The notes under the pieces were generated by a model that searched no databases, was not told the origin of the DNA, and was given only the letters and a program-made list of their open reading frames with translations. From Abditibacteriaceae bacterium (GTDB lineage: Bacteria; Armatimonadota; Abditibacteriia; Abditibacteriales; Abditibacteriaceae), in the NCBI GenBank assembly GCA_965277285.1, contig OZ255721.1:3360001-3424000 (forward strand): DNA of 64,000 nucleotides. The letters run 5' to 3'. Position numbers and translations under genes: made by a program. Each line of letters opens with the position of its first letter. Position 1 is the stretch's first letter. This document shows positions 1-11,320 of the stretch, piece after piece.

Positions 1-221
1 ACGGCTTCGCGTTCTCTGAGCGCGTGCGAAGCCATCCCGAATGGCGCTCGATTCCGATTGTCGTGGTCACGTCGAAAGACCTCAGCGCCGATGAGCGGCG
101 GCGTCTCAGCGGCTCGGTCGAAACGATTCTGCATAAGGCCGGTAGTTCGCGCGAAGTCTTGCTCGATCAAGTGCGCGAACTGGTGGCTAATGTCGCAACA
201 AAAAACAAAAGTGTGGAATAA
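1..221 (+). CDS. C-terminal receiver domain of a (probably hybrid) histidine kinase, 5'-truncated by the window edge
   Basis: Open frame GFAFSERVRSHPEWRSIPIVVVTSKDLSADERRRL matches the second half of a REC domain. Confidence 0.75.
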   Translation, partial: GFAFSERVRSHPEWRSIPIVVVTSKDLSADERRRLSGSVETILHKAGSSREVLLDQVRELVANVATKNKSVE

Positions 222-276
222 ACACGCAAAGTTTGCATCCGACATCGAGTACTCGATCCACCTACAACAGTTCATT

Positions 277-675
277 ATGCCCAAGATTTTATTAGTGGAA
301 GACAACGAGATGAACCGCGATATGCTGTCGCGCCGCCTGATGCGCAAAGGCTTCCAAGTCGTGCTCGCAGTCGATGGCCAAAGCGGTGTCGAGATGGCGC
401 AAAGCGAATCGCCCGATCTGGTTTTGATGGATATGAGCCTGCCCATTCTCGATGGCTGGGAAGCGACGCGCCGCTTGAAAGCCGATGCCGTCACGCAGCA
501 CATTCCTGTTATCGCGTTGACGGCGCACGCCATGTCGAGCGACCGTGAAAAAGCCCTTGAAGCCGGCTGCGACGATTACGACACCAAGCCCGTCGAACTG
601 CCGCGCTTGCTGGGCAAAATCGATGCGCTGCTGAATGGAAACAGCTTAAATCCCGCCGGAGAACAATCGCTGTGA
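277..675 (+). CDS. Single-domain response regulator (CheY/DivK-like)
   Basis: MPKILLVEDN...DLVLMDMSLPILDGWEA...IALTAHAM...DYDTKP; ATG at 277. Confidence 0.93.
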   Translation: MPKILLVEDNEMNRDMLSRRLMRKGFQVVLAVDGQSGVEMAQSESPDLVLMDMSLPILDGWEATRRLKADAVTQHIPVIALTAHAMSSDREKALEAGCDDYDTKPVELPRLLGKIDALLNGNSLNPAGEQSL

Positions 676-2108
676 TTGAACCACAACATCCTCTACCTGC
701 GGCCTTGATTCACGACTTGCGCACGCCGCTTAACCAAATTATTGGTTATTCTGAAATGCTGACTGAGCAGGCGCAGGAAACAAATCAAGACGATTTCGTG
801 GCCGATTTAGAAAAGGTGCATGCAGCGGGACAGCAACTTTTATCGCTCATCAACAATAACTTTCGTTCGCTTCAAGCGCCGGAAGTTAGGGCGCCGACTG
901 CTTCGTCAAACGAACAAAAGCCAACATTCCAAACGCCAATCGAGTACTCGATTGCTGAAGAAACCGCCCCGTTATCGCAAGGTTTTCTGCTCGTTGTAGA
1001 CGACATCGAAGCCAACCGCGACGTGCTTTCGCGCCGCTTGCAACGCCAGGGTTATGATGTGGCGACAGCCGAAAACGGTGTTCAGGCGCTGGAAAAGTTG
1101 CGCGCGCAATCGTTCGATTTGGTGTTGCTCGACATTATGATGCCGGAAATGGACGGCTACGAAACCTTGCAGTCCCTCAAGGCGGACGAAGCGTTGCGCT
1201 CCATTCCGGTGATTATGATTTCGGCTTTGAGCGAACTTGATGCGGTGGTGCGCTGCATTGAAATGGGCGCCGAAGATTACTTGCCCAAGCCGTTCAACCC
1301 GATTTTGCTCAAAGCGCGCATTGGAGCATCGCTCGAGAAAAAGCGCGCGCACGACCGTGAAATGCTTCTCTTCGAGCAGTTGCAAGACAACTACAAGCGC
1401 TTGCAGGATCTCGAAAAGCTGCGCGACGATTTGACGCACATGATCATCCACGACCTGCGCACGCCTTTGACTTCGGTCATCATGGGTATGCAAACGCTGG
1501 AAATGGTCGGCGACTTGAACGGCGAGCAGCGCGAAATGACGGCCATCGCGCTGACTGGCGGCGAAACTTTGCTGGGCATGATCAACGATTTGCTGGACGT
1601 TGAAAAACTCGAATCCGGCGCCATGCAACTCGATCTGTCTTCGTTTGATGTCATGGAACTCGTCACCTCCGCGATTGCTCAAGTCGCACCATTAGTCGAA
1701 AGCAAAAACTTGATGCTGCTTCGTCAGGTCGCCGCCGATTTGCCACCGTTGCGCGCTGATGCAAACAAGCTGCGCCGCGTTCTGGTGAATCTGTTGGGCA
1801 ACGCCATCAAGTTCACGTCGGAGAACGGCACGGTGACCATTGAAGCGCATCAAAGCGAAATCGAGTACTCGATGGTGTTTTCCGTCCGCGATACGGGCGA
1901 AGGCATTCCGCCGGAATCGTTCGGTCGCATCTTCGAGAAGTTCGGCCAGGTCGAATCGCGTCAAAGTGGGCGCGTGATGAGCACAGGTTTGGGCCTGACG
2001 TTTTGCAAATTGGCCGTCGAAGCGCACGGCGGGAAAATCAGCGTCGAAAGCCAAGTCGGGCACGGCAGCACGTTTTCTTTTGATGTTCCGCTGACAACAG
2101 CGAATTAG
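672..2108 (+). CDS. Hybrid sensor histidine kinase/response regulator (HisKA-REC-HisKA-HATPase)
   Basis: Two HDLRTPL H-boxes, REC (LVVDD..LLDIMMP..KPF), N box NLLGNAIKF, G boxes DTGEGI/GLGL. Confidence 0.92.
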   Translation: MIEPQHPLPAALIHDLRTPLNQIIGYSEMLTEQAQETNQDDFVADLEKVHAAGQQLLSLINNNFRSLQAPEVRAPTASSNEQKPTFQTPIEYSIAEETAPLSQGFLLVVDDIEANRDVLSRRLQRQGYDVATAENGVQALEKLRAQSFDLVLLDIMMPEMDGYETLQSLKADEALRSIPVIMISALSELDAVVRCIEMGAEDYLPKPFNPILLKARIGASLEKKRAHDREMLLFEQLQDNYKRLQDLEKLRDDLTHMIIHDLRTPLTSVIMGMQTLEMVGDLNGEQREMTAIALTGGETLLGMINDLLDVEKLESGAMQLDLSSFDVMELVTSAIAQVAPLVESKNLMLLRQVAADLPPLRADANKLRRVLVNLLGNAIKFTSENGTVTIEAHQSEIEYSMVFSVRDTGEGIPPESFGRIFEKFGQVESRQSGRVMSTGLGLTFCKLAVEAHGGKISVESQVGHGSTFSFDVPLTTAN

Positions 2109-2137
2109 AAAAGCAGTGCAGTATTGATAATCAATTA

Positions 2138-2791
2138 TCAAGTACGCGATTGTGTTCCGAGCAAACGCTTGGCTTCTGCATAATCGGTTTTTGCTTCATC
2201 TGTTCTGCCCACCTTTTTGAAAAGTTTTCCACGCCAGATAAACGAATCGGCGTCGCTGGCATCGAGTTGAAGACTTCGCGTGAAATCCTGTATCGCGTCC
2301 TCAAACTTTTCTAAGTTGGCGTAAGAAACTCCGCGATTGTAAAAAGCGTGAGCGTATTGCGGGTCAAGCTCAAGAGCAATCGAGTACTCGATGATCGCTT
2401 GCTCATCATTTCCTAACTTACTAAGTAAATCACCGCGATTGTAAAATGCTTTCGTGTCGCTTGGTGATAGTCGAATCGCTTCGGCGTAATCCGCCAGAGC
2501 TTTGTCGTGTTGACCAAGATCTGCATAAGCCAAACCACGATTGTTGAAAGTGTCGGCATCCTTGGGATTTCGTTGAATGGCTTCTGTATAATCGGAAATG
2601 GCGAGATCGAGATTTCCTAATATCTGGTGCGCCAAACCTCTGTCGTAAAGAGTAACCGCACTATAAGGAAGCAGTCTTAACACTTCATCATACCTGACGA
2701 TGGCGGCGACAAAATCTTCCGCAGCAATCAGTTCATCAGCTTCTTGATAAATCTGCTCCGCACGCGCAAAAGGGTCTTTAAGTTCATCCAT
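2138..2791 (-). CDS. Tetratricopeptide repeat protein
   Basis: Repeated (F/Y)xNRG.AY..LG....A..DY..AI.L.P units; start could instead be TTG at 2836. Confidence 0.9.
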   Translation of the reverse strand: MDELKDPFARAEQIYQEADELIAAEDFVAAIVRYDEVLRLLPYSAVTLYDRGLAHQILGNLDLAISDYTEAIQRNPKDADTFNNRGLAYADLGQHDKALADYAEAIRLSPSDTKAFYNRGDLLSKLGNDEQAIIEYSIALELDPQYAHAFYNRGVSYANLEKFEDAIQDFTRSLQLDASDADSFIWRGKLFKKVGRTDEAKTDYAEAKRLLGTQSRT

Positions 2792-2832
2792 ATCAATAAT
2801 CACCACACACGTTGCGACATCAATTCGAGTAC

Positions 2833-4380
2833 TCAATTCGGCAGGCGAACTGTAACTGTTGTGCCTGCACCAACTTCGCTTTCAATCTCTAAAGTTCCGC
2901 CGTGCGCGAGGGCGATTCTTCGACAAATCGCCAAACCTAAGCCGCTGCCGGTTTCACTGGAGTTGCGTTCGCGGCCTTCTTCGACGCGATAAAAGCGCTG
3001 TCCCAATTTCGGCAAATGTTCGGGCGCGATGCCGCGTCCTTCGTCGCGCACTTGCAAAACGGTTTCGTTGCTTTCTTCGCAGGCGCGTAATATCGTCGTG
3101 CTGTCTGCGGGCGAATAGCGCGCGGCGTTCGCCAGCAGGTTGATGAGCAATTGTTCCAGCAAATCTTCGTCGCCGCACATCGTTAAAGACGCTTCGCAAT
3201 CGAGTTGAAGTTGGACACCGCGATTATCGAACAAAGGTCGCACGGCGCTCATGGCGCGCTCGCAAACCGACGCTGCCTTGATTCGCGTATTGAAGCGAGA
3301 CAAAGCATCGTCGCTCGCCGCGTTGCCGATGGTTTTGGTTGAAATCGCGCTTGGCGAAGTCGCGGCTTCCAAACGCGCGAGCTTCAACAAATCGCCGACG
3401 AGACGAATCAAGCGGTCGCTTTGCGTGACGATGGTTTCGGCGAAGCGCGGCGCCATCTTTTCGCTTTTCCAGGCGCCGTCGCGCAAGGTTTCGGCGCTGC
3501 CTTTAATGGCCGTCAAAGGTGTGCGCAGTTCGTGCGAAACATCGGCGAGAAAGGCGCGGCGTTCCAGGTCAACGGCCTCGATTTTTTCGGCCATCGCGTT
3601 AAATTCGCGCATCAAGGCATCGAGTTCGTCGCCGCGCCCCAGAAAGCGGCGGTGCATCAGAACGCGGCTGCCCAGATCGCCTTCGGCCAGGCGGCGCGTC
3701 GCGGTTTCCAAACGCCGGATGGGAAGCGCCAATCGTTGCGCCAGAGCGAACGACAGCGCGATAACGAACAGCAAAATCGCGGCGATGAAGATGATGAAGT
3801 TGCGTGCCAAACCGGAAACCGTGCGCGTCCACACCAGAATCGGTGACGAGGCGACGATGCAGCCGACGACCTGGCCATCGGGACGCATGCGAACCGGCAT
3901 CGCCAGCGTCATGGCCGAGGAAGAATCGCGCCATGAGCCTTTCATGTTCCAATTGGTTTCGCCCTGCATGGCGGCTTTTACTTCGGGGCGCGTGCTCCAA
4001 GTGATATTGCTATCGAAATCGCTGGTAGGCGTATTGTTATCGTTGGTTCGAGTACTCGAATCGGCGATGCCGGTATCGGCCAGCACTTGCAAGTCGCGCG
4101 ACATAACAATCAAGCGAACGCCGTTTTCGTGTGATGTCTGGCGCAATTGCTTTTGCAAATCGAGCAAGTCGTGCTGCGTTACGTAAACATCGAAGCCATC
4201 GTCGTTGATCTTGCTTTGCATCAAGCGACTGGCCGCCGCCACGTTGTGCAAAAGACGGTTGCGCAACTGTTCCGAGACGTAAGGAACCGCCAGTTGCCGA
4301 AACAAGCTCAGCAACAGCAAAACGGTCAGCGCGACCAAGCCGAGATGGGAAAAGAAAAGTGTGCGTCGAAAACCACGCAT
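2833..4380 (-). CDS. Membrane sensor histidine kinase with HAMP domain (PhoR/BaeS-like)
   Basis: Two TM segments, HAMP (LALPIRRL..DELDALMREFNAMA), DVSHELRTPLT, NLLANA, GSGLGL. Confidence 0.92.
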   Translation of the reverse strand: MRGFRRTLFFSHLGLVALTVLLLLSLFRQLAVPYVSEQLRNRLLHNVAAASRLMQSKINDDGFDVYVTQHDLLDLQKQLRQTSHENGVRLIVMSRDLQVLADTGIADSSTRTNDNNTPTSDFDSNITWSTRPEVKAAMQGETNWNMKGSWRDSSSAMTLAMPVRMRPDGQVVGCIVASSPILVWTRTVSGLARNFIIFIAAILLFVIALSFALAQRLALPIRRLETATRRLAEGDLGSRVLMHRRFLGRGDELDALMREFNAMAEKIEAVDLERRAFLADVSHELRTPLTAIKGSAETLRDGAWKSEKMAPRFAETIVTQSDRLIRLVGDLLKLARLEAATSPSAISTKTIGNAASDDALSRFNTRIKAASVCERAMSAVRPLFDNRGVQLQLDCEASLTMCGDEDLLEQLLINLLANAARYSPADSTTILRACEESNETVLQVRDEGRGIAPEHLPKLGQRFYRVEEGRERNSSETGSGLGLAICRRIALAHGGTLEIESEVGAGTTVTVRLPN

Positions 4381-4394
4381 GATTGAAATTGAAT

Positions 4395-4502
4395 AGGAGG
4401 CAGCGGCAGAAAGCAGGAGGCAGTTCGAGTACTCGAAATCCAAACTGTGTCGTTGGAATGTTCTGCGCCCAAACTGCCTCCTGTTTTCTGCCGCTGCCTC
4501 CT
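4395..4502. repeat. Inverted repeat built of GGCAG(G/A)A-type short units, with the 12-bp palindrome at the arm/loop boundary
   Basis: AGGAGGCAGCGGCAGAAAGCAGGAGGCAGTT (4395-4425) pairs with AACTGCCTCCTGTTTTCTGCCGCTGCCTCCT (4472-4502). Confidence 0.8.
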
Positions 4503-4505
4503 GTT

Positions 4506-5207
4506 TTATCCTTCGCTTTTAATGCGATAACCGTAGCCGCGCGCCGTTTCGATGACGCCTTCGCCCAGCTTTTCGCGCAAACGATAAATATAGACATCCA
4601 ACTGCCGCGCGTCGCCGTAAAAATCGCCCGCCCACACGACATCAAGAATCCGGTCGCGCGACAAAGCGGCGCCGCGCGCTTTCATCAGCAATTCCAAAAT
4701 TGCGTATTCCTTGGGATTGATCGGCATTTCTTCGCCGCCTTTGGTGACGATGCGGCGCGCCGTATCCAAAACCACGTCGCCGCACTTGAACAAGCCGGTT
4801 TGCGGATTGGTCGGCGCCTCACCGCCGCTTTCATTTCTGCGACGCAAAACGGCACCGACGCGCGCCACCAGTTCGCGTGGCGAAAACGGCTTGGTCACGT
4901 AATCGTCGGCGCCCAATTCCAAGCCGACAACTTTATCGACTTCATCGTCGCGCGCCGTCAGCATGATAATCGGCACGCGCCGCGTCGCTTCCTTGGCGCG
5001 CAACGCTTTGCACACTTCAAAACCGCTCAGGTCGGGCAGCATCAAATCGAGCACGACCAAATCCGGCGTTTCTTCGGCTGCACTTTTGAGCGCGCCTTTG
5101 CCGGTCGCTTCGACACGCGCGCGATAACCGGCCTGCTCCAAATTGTAAGACACGAAATCGGTAATACCCGCTTCATCATCCACCACTAAAACCAGTTCAT
5201 TGCTCAT
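4506..5207 (-). CDS. OmpR/PhoB-family response regulator
   Basis: REC (LVVDDE, VLDLMLP, GADDYVTKPFSPREL) plus winged helix (LDVYIYRLREKL, IETARGYGY). Confidence 0.95.
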   Translation of the reverse strand: MSNELVLVVDDEAGITDFVSYNLEQAGYRARVEATGKGALKSAAEETPDLVVLDLMLPDLSGFEVCKALRAKEATRRVPIIMLTARDDEVDKVVGLELGADDYVTKPFSPRELVARVGAVLRRRNESGGEAPTNPQTGLFKCGDVVLDTARRIVTKGGEEMPINPKEYAILELLMKARGAALSRDRILDVVWAGDFYGDARQLDVYIYRLREKLGEGVIETARGYGYRIKSEG

Positions 5208-5217
5208 CTCGATTCTC

Positions 5218-6351
5218 CTATTTAAGTTTCCAGATACAAACAAGGCCAAGGTTAGAGCCGCTTGTTAAGGTTTTGTTATCAGGCGAAAAAATTAAATCCG
5301 TTAAGCCTCCGCTATAGTTGGGAATAGAGAGAACCCGAGTTTTGCTTTGTGTGTTCCAAATTTCTATGCCGCATGTAGCCAATAACCGTCCGTCTGGTGA
5401 AAGACCTAGGCAATACATTTGAGCAAGAGGAAACGCCCAAACACTTGACTTACCAGTAGACAAGTTCAAGAAAGTCAGTTGGGCCTTGTTGTTATACCCT
5501 TCTACTGCCAGTAGCATTTTTTGAGCAGAAAAGGCGGAGTGACGTTCAGCAGGCATCGTTTTCCAGATTTTGCCTGTTCTCACATTCCATACGTCGAGAC
5601 GATTAGGACCGATACTGACGAGAAAACGAGCATCGCGGCTAAATACCAATTTTGTTGTGCCGCCACTGGTACTCGAGTGGCCCCGCCATACCCTGAGGCG
5701 CCTTCCTGTGCGAGCATTCCACAGCTTGACAGCAAAGGTGCGGGAGTAATTCGCTTCCGTGTTTGCTCTGGTTGTGTCTTGAGGCGGGAACCACTTCACA
5801 TTGGGGTCTTCTCCGCAAGTAGCGACATATCTTCCGTTTGAAGAAATCGCTGTTGGTCCAAAAACACCTGGAAAGCCTTCTCCTTTACTGGAGTTATCGG
5901 TAAAGATTCGTTTCAAGCGGTAAGTTTTGGCATCATAGAGAAAGGCTCCTGCTGAGATAAATCGTCCGTCATCCGAATACACGGCAGTGGTTCCTGGCAG
6001 CGATTTCAGCAAACTCCAACTATGAGTATCATAAAAGTCCACTCTATCTTCGCTGCTGACATTATCTTCGCCACTGACTGCCAGAACTTTGCGGTCAGGC
6101 GAATAACTGATCTTCCGAATGTGTTGAGAAACCGGCAAAGTTTTGATGAGATCTGGCAACTGATTAGAGCTTGGTGGAGCAGTCTTCTCCTGAGGTTTTG
6201 GTGCGACAACGTTCTTGTCTGGCTTGGATAAGGCAACGCTCTTCGGAGGATTTTTATCATGAGGCCACAAGCGCATCAATAGCAGCGCAAGGGCAGCAAC
6301 AGAAAACAACTGAATAATCGTCGTAAGCCAGGAGAAGTTGTTTTGACGCAT
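5218..6351 (-). CDS. Membrane-anchored WD40/beta-propeller protein
   Basis: N-terminal hydrophobic segment; repeated SPD.K.LA, VKLWN, VWN, IWK motifs; lower GC than flanks. Confidence 0.8.
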   Translation of the reverse strand: MRQNNFSWLTTIIQLFSVAALALLLMRLWPHDKNPPKSVALSKPDKNVVAPKPQEKTAPPSSNQLPDLIKTLPVSQHIRKISYSPDRKVLAVSGEDNVSSEDRVDFYDTHSWSLLKSLPGTTAVYSDDGRFISAGAFLYDAKTYRLKRIFTDNSSKGEGFPGVFGPTAISSNGRYVATCGEDPNVKWFPPQDTTRANTEANYSRTFAVKLWNARTGRRLRVWRGHSSTSGGTTKLVFSRDARFLVSIGPNRLDVWNVRTGKIWKTMPAERHSAFSAQKMLLAVEGYNNKAQLTFLNLSTGKSSVWAFPLAQMYCLGLSPDGRLLATCGIEIWNTQSKTRVLSIPNYSGGLTDLIFSPDNKTLTSGSNLGLVCIWKLK

Positions 6352-6473
6352 TCTATCCCTCCAAATAAGTCTTCATACACGTTGTTTATCAACAGCATCA
6401 GAATCTTATATTGAAGACGTCTGCAAATCTGGTGGAATTGGTCTCGCGCGCGTACGCGTATCTATATTATATG

Positions 6474-6502
6474 TTGTTTCACTGGAGCCAATGAAGTATA
6501 AT
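6474..6502 (+). promoter_or_regulatory. Putative sigma70 promoter of gyrB
   Basis: TTGTTT (6474-6479), 17 bp, TATAAT (6497-6502). Confidence 0.55.
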
Positions 6503-6538
6503 TTACGTGTGACTTCGCATCTTTCCCACAGCATTTGA

Positions 6539-8761
<2,223 letters not shown>

Positions 8762-8765
8762 GAAG

Positions 8766-8836
8766 TTCTCAATTTTGAGTTCTTAGTTTTGAGTTGAGGC
8801 ACTGTTAATTCAAAACTAAGAACTCAAAATTGAGAA
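8766..8836. repeat. AT-rich heptamer-based (TTTTGAG) inverted repeat; partial second copy at 9551-9610
   Basis: TTCTCAATTTTGAGTTCTTAGTTTTGAGTT ... AATTCAAAACTAAGAACTCAAAATTGAGAA. Confidence 0.8.
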
Positions 8837-8850
8837 TTGCCGGAGGCGAC

Positions 8851-9129
8851 ATGAACGCTTACAAAACCGAAGTGGTGCTGAACGAGGCCGGGCAGTTGTC
8901 GCTGCAAGGTCTGCCTTTCGTCGCTGGTGACACTGTGGAAGTTATCGTGCTGGAATTGGCGAAAAATGGTCATATCGAGTACTTGAATGGCGGCGATGTG
9001 CAAGACGATGTTCTCGATCATATCTTGGACGAAGTTGATGCGTTGCCGCCAATTGACGGCGCGCCGACCGATTGGGCTGAGAACTTCGACGCTTATCGTT
9101 TCGGCTTGAAAAAGGCGGACGATGCTTAG
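8851..9129 (+). CDS. Putative antitoxin (cognate of downstream PIN toxin)
   Basis: Small acidic protein ending PTDWAENFDAYRFG, typical of PIN-toxin partners; overlaps the toxin start. Confidence 0.7.
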   Translation: MNAYKTEVVLNEAGQLSLQGLPFVAGDTVEVIVLELAKNGHIEYLNGGDVQDDVLDHILDEVDALPPIDGAPTDWAENFDAYRFGLKKADDA

Positions 9130-9544
9130 TTCTGCGGCCATTTTCGTGGACACAGGTTTTTGGATCGCGTTTTTTCATCAAAGAGATGTTCTTCATGGCA
9201 AGGCGCGTTCGCTTTTCAACGACATCAACAATCGCCGTGGACGCTTGCTTTGCACGTCAGCAGTTTTGATTGAGACGTTGGACGGCTTGGCATCGCATGG
9301 CGCGCGTCATCAGGGCGCGACACTGCGGCGCATGGTCGAGCAATCGCGGAGATTAGAAGTTGTGACAATTGACGAAGCGTTGTTTGGCCGCGGCTGGGAT
9401 TTGTACGCGTCGCGTTCAGACAAAAGCTGGAGCCTGACCGATTGCCTGAGTTTTGTGGTCATGCAAGAACGCGGTTGCAGCGAAGCACCCGCACACGACC
9501 ATCATTTCGAGCAAGCCGGTTTTCGTGCTTTGCTGCGCGATTGA
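9122..9544 (+). CDS. vapC: VapC-family PIN-domain toxin
   Basis: IFVDTGFWIA, VLIET, SLTDCLSFVVM, D.HFEQAGF. Confidence 0.9.
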   Translation: MLSSAAIFVDTGFWIAFFHQRDVLHGKARSLFNDINNRRGRLLCTSAVLIETLDGLASHGARHQGATLRRMVEQSRRLEVVTIDEALFGRGWDLYASRSDKSWSLTDCLSFVVMQERGCSEAPAHDHHFEQAGFRALLRD

Positions 9545-9616
9545 AACCGCAATTTCTAACTTCGAGTTGCGATTCTTTAACTCAAAATTAAAAACTCAAA
9601 ACTGAGAATTTCTATC

Positions 9617-9865
9617 ATGTGGATCAAAAGCGAAGACGGCAAGTTGTTCAACATGAACGAGGCGTATAGCGTTCAGATCGAAGACCGTGAAGGCGGAACG
9701 TTCGTCGTCGTCATCGAATATTCGCCGGTTGACCTGCGCAGTTTCAACCTGACCAAGCGCGGTTCGCATGAGGAAGCCAAACGAGTACTCGATGAAATCC
9801 GCCAATCGCTGGAACACGGCCTGGCCGTTTTGAACTTGTGCCACAGCGCCGATTGCGACGAGTAA
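9617..9865 (+). CDS. Hypothetical protein (82 aa)
   Basis: Clean ORF with host-like codon use between TA genes. Confidence 0.6.
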   Translation: MWIKSEDGKLFNMNEAYSVQIEDREGGTFVVVIEYSPVDLRSFNLTKRGSHEEAKRVLDEIRQSLEHGLAVLNLCHSADCDE

Positions 9866-9868
9866 ACG

Positions 9869-10441
9869 ATGCCGAACGTGTATGTTTTTGGCGGGTGCAA
9901 TGGCGCAGGCAAGACGACAATTGCGATGCGCGTTTTGTCCACAGTGTTGGGTTGCCGCGAATTCGTCAACGCCGATTTGATCGCCGCCGGTTTGTCGCCG
10001 TTTCGCGTCGAAAGCGTCGCGCTGCAAGCTGGTCGCTTGATGTTGCAGCGCATCAACACGTTGCGCGACGCGAAGGTTGATTTCGCATTTGAAAGCACGC
10101 TCGCGTCGCGTTCGTTTGCGCCGTTTCTGAAAAGTTGCCAGGCGCACGGCTTTCGCGTTCATTTGTTGTATGTGCGGCTCGAAAGCGTCGAGTTGGCGAT
10201 TGAACGTGTAGCGAATCGAGTACTCGAAGGCGGCCACCACATTCCTGAAGACACGATTCGTCGCCGCTACGAAGCCAGCCGCAAAAACTTCCTCGAATTG
10301 TATTTGCCTTTGGCGGACGAATGGCGCATTTTTGACAACACAATTGAACCGACGTTAGTTGATGCGAATGAGCAAAACGAAACGACGCGACGTATGTTGG
10401 CAGGTGCGAAAGTGGCTGTGGCCAGCGTATTGAAGACGTAA
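9869..10441 (+). CDS. Zeta-toxin-like / AAA_33 P-loop ATPase
   Basis: GGCNGAGKTT, EFVNADLIA, FAFESTLAS, RV..GGH.IPE..IRRRY, DN motif. Confidence 0.85.
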   Translation: MPNVYVFGGCNGAGKTTIAMRVLSTVLGCREFVNADLIAAGLSPFRVESVALQAGRLMLQRINTLRDAKVDFAFESTLASRSFAPFLKSCQAHGFRVHLLYVRLESVELAIERVANRVLEGGHHIPEDTIRRRYEASRKNFLELYLPLADEWRIFDNTIEPTLVDANEQNETTRRMLAGAKVAVASVLKT

Positions 10442-10505
10442 CAATCGAGGATTTGATAACGGCCAAATTATCCTCGACTTTAATTTTGCTTTTCAGGAGT
10501 TTGCA

Positions 10506-10991
10506 ATGCGTTTCTTTACGTACTACTGGACTGGTGAGGAGTTTCTCGGTCGCAAGGCGAATCATCCTGAATGGAATCTTGACTTTGCGGCAAGCAATCA
10601 GTTCGTCAAACGTGGAGTTAATGAAGGCGATACTGTTTACATCTGGTCATTTTTAAAAGGCCGGTTGTATCTGTTAGGGCGAATGCAAGTTAAAGAAATT
10701 TGCACTCGGGCAGAAGTGAAAAGCCGTTATCCGGAAATTGCCCGAAGCTATATATTTTGGAAGACTGAACACATCGTTGCGACCGCTGAAAGTACGGACG
10801 TTACGCACTTTGACTTAGTCATTCCTAATGACACGATTCACAAGTTACGCTTCACAGGTAATATGGCGCCAAAAATAAAGGACTCTCCTTTAGCCAACGA
10901 TTTCGATCCACAAACTTTTCGCGGCGTTCGACAGTTAACATCGGTGTCTGCGCTGTTGTTAGACGATTTATTAAAACAACATCGCGCATGA
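10506..10991 (+). CDS. Hypothetical low-GC protein (possible PUA/EVE-like fold)
   Basis: 161-aa ORF with RGV..GD.VYI..G.L.L.G...V pattern; AT-rich. Confidence 0.55.
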   Translation: MRFFTYYWTGEEFLGRKANHPEWNLDFAASNQFVKRGVNEGDTVYIWSFLKGRLYLLGRMQVKEICTRAEVKSRYPEIARSYIFWKTEHIVATAESTDVTHFDLVIPNDTIHKLRFTGNMAPKIKDSPLANDFDPQTFRGVRQLTSVSALLLDDLLKQHRA

Positions 10992-11320
10992 ATACTCCCG
11001 AAGATGTTTTAGCGCACATCAAAAACTGCTTGTTACAAAAACGCTATCGCGTTCGTAATCATGCAGTACGGCACATGATTGAAGAAGGTTTCGACGAGAA
11101 TCATTTAGTCGAGGCGCTAACAGGCAAGTTGCAGTTGCTGGAAGAATACGAAGATGAAGAGCGTTGCTTGGTTCTAGGACGCTTCCGGTTTTCTTCGAGT
11201 ACTCGATCTCCGTTGCACGTTGTGTGCGATGTGTCACATCCTGAAATTGTCGATATTGTAACAGCTTACATTCCGCAACGTCCGTGGTGGATTTCGCCAA
11301 CGCAGCGAGAAAAATTATGA
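10988..11320 (+). CDS. DUF4258-family putative toxin
   Basis: HAVRHM.E, LEEYEDE.RCLVLG, PLHVVC, IVTAYIP...W. Confidence 0.8.
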   Translation: MNTPEDVLAHIKNCLLQKRYRVRNHAVRHMIEEGFDENHLVEALTGKLQLLEEYEDEERCLVLGRFRFSSSTRSPLHVVCDVSHPEIVDIVTAYIPQRPWWISPTQREKL

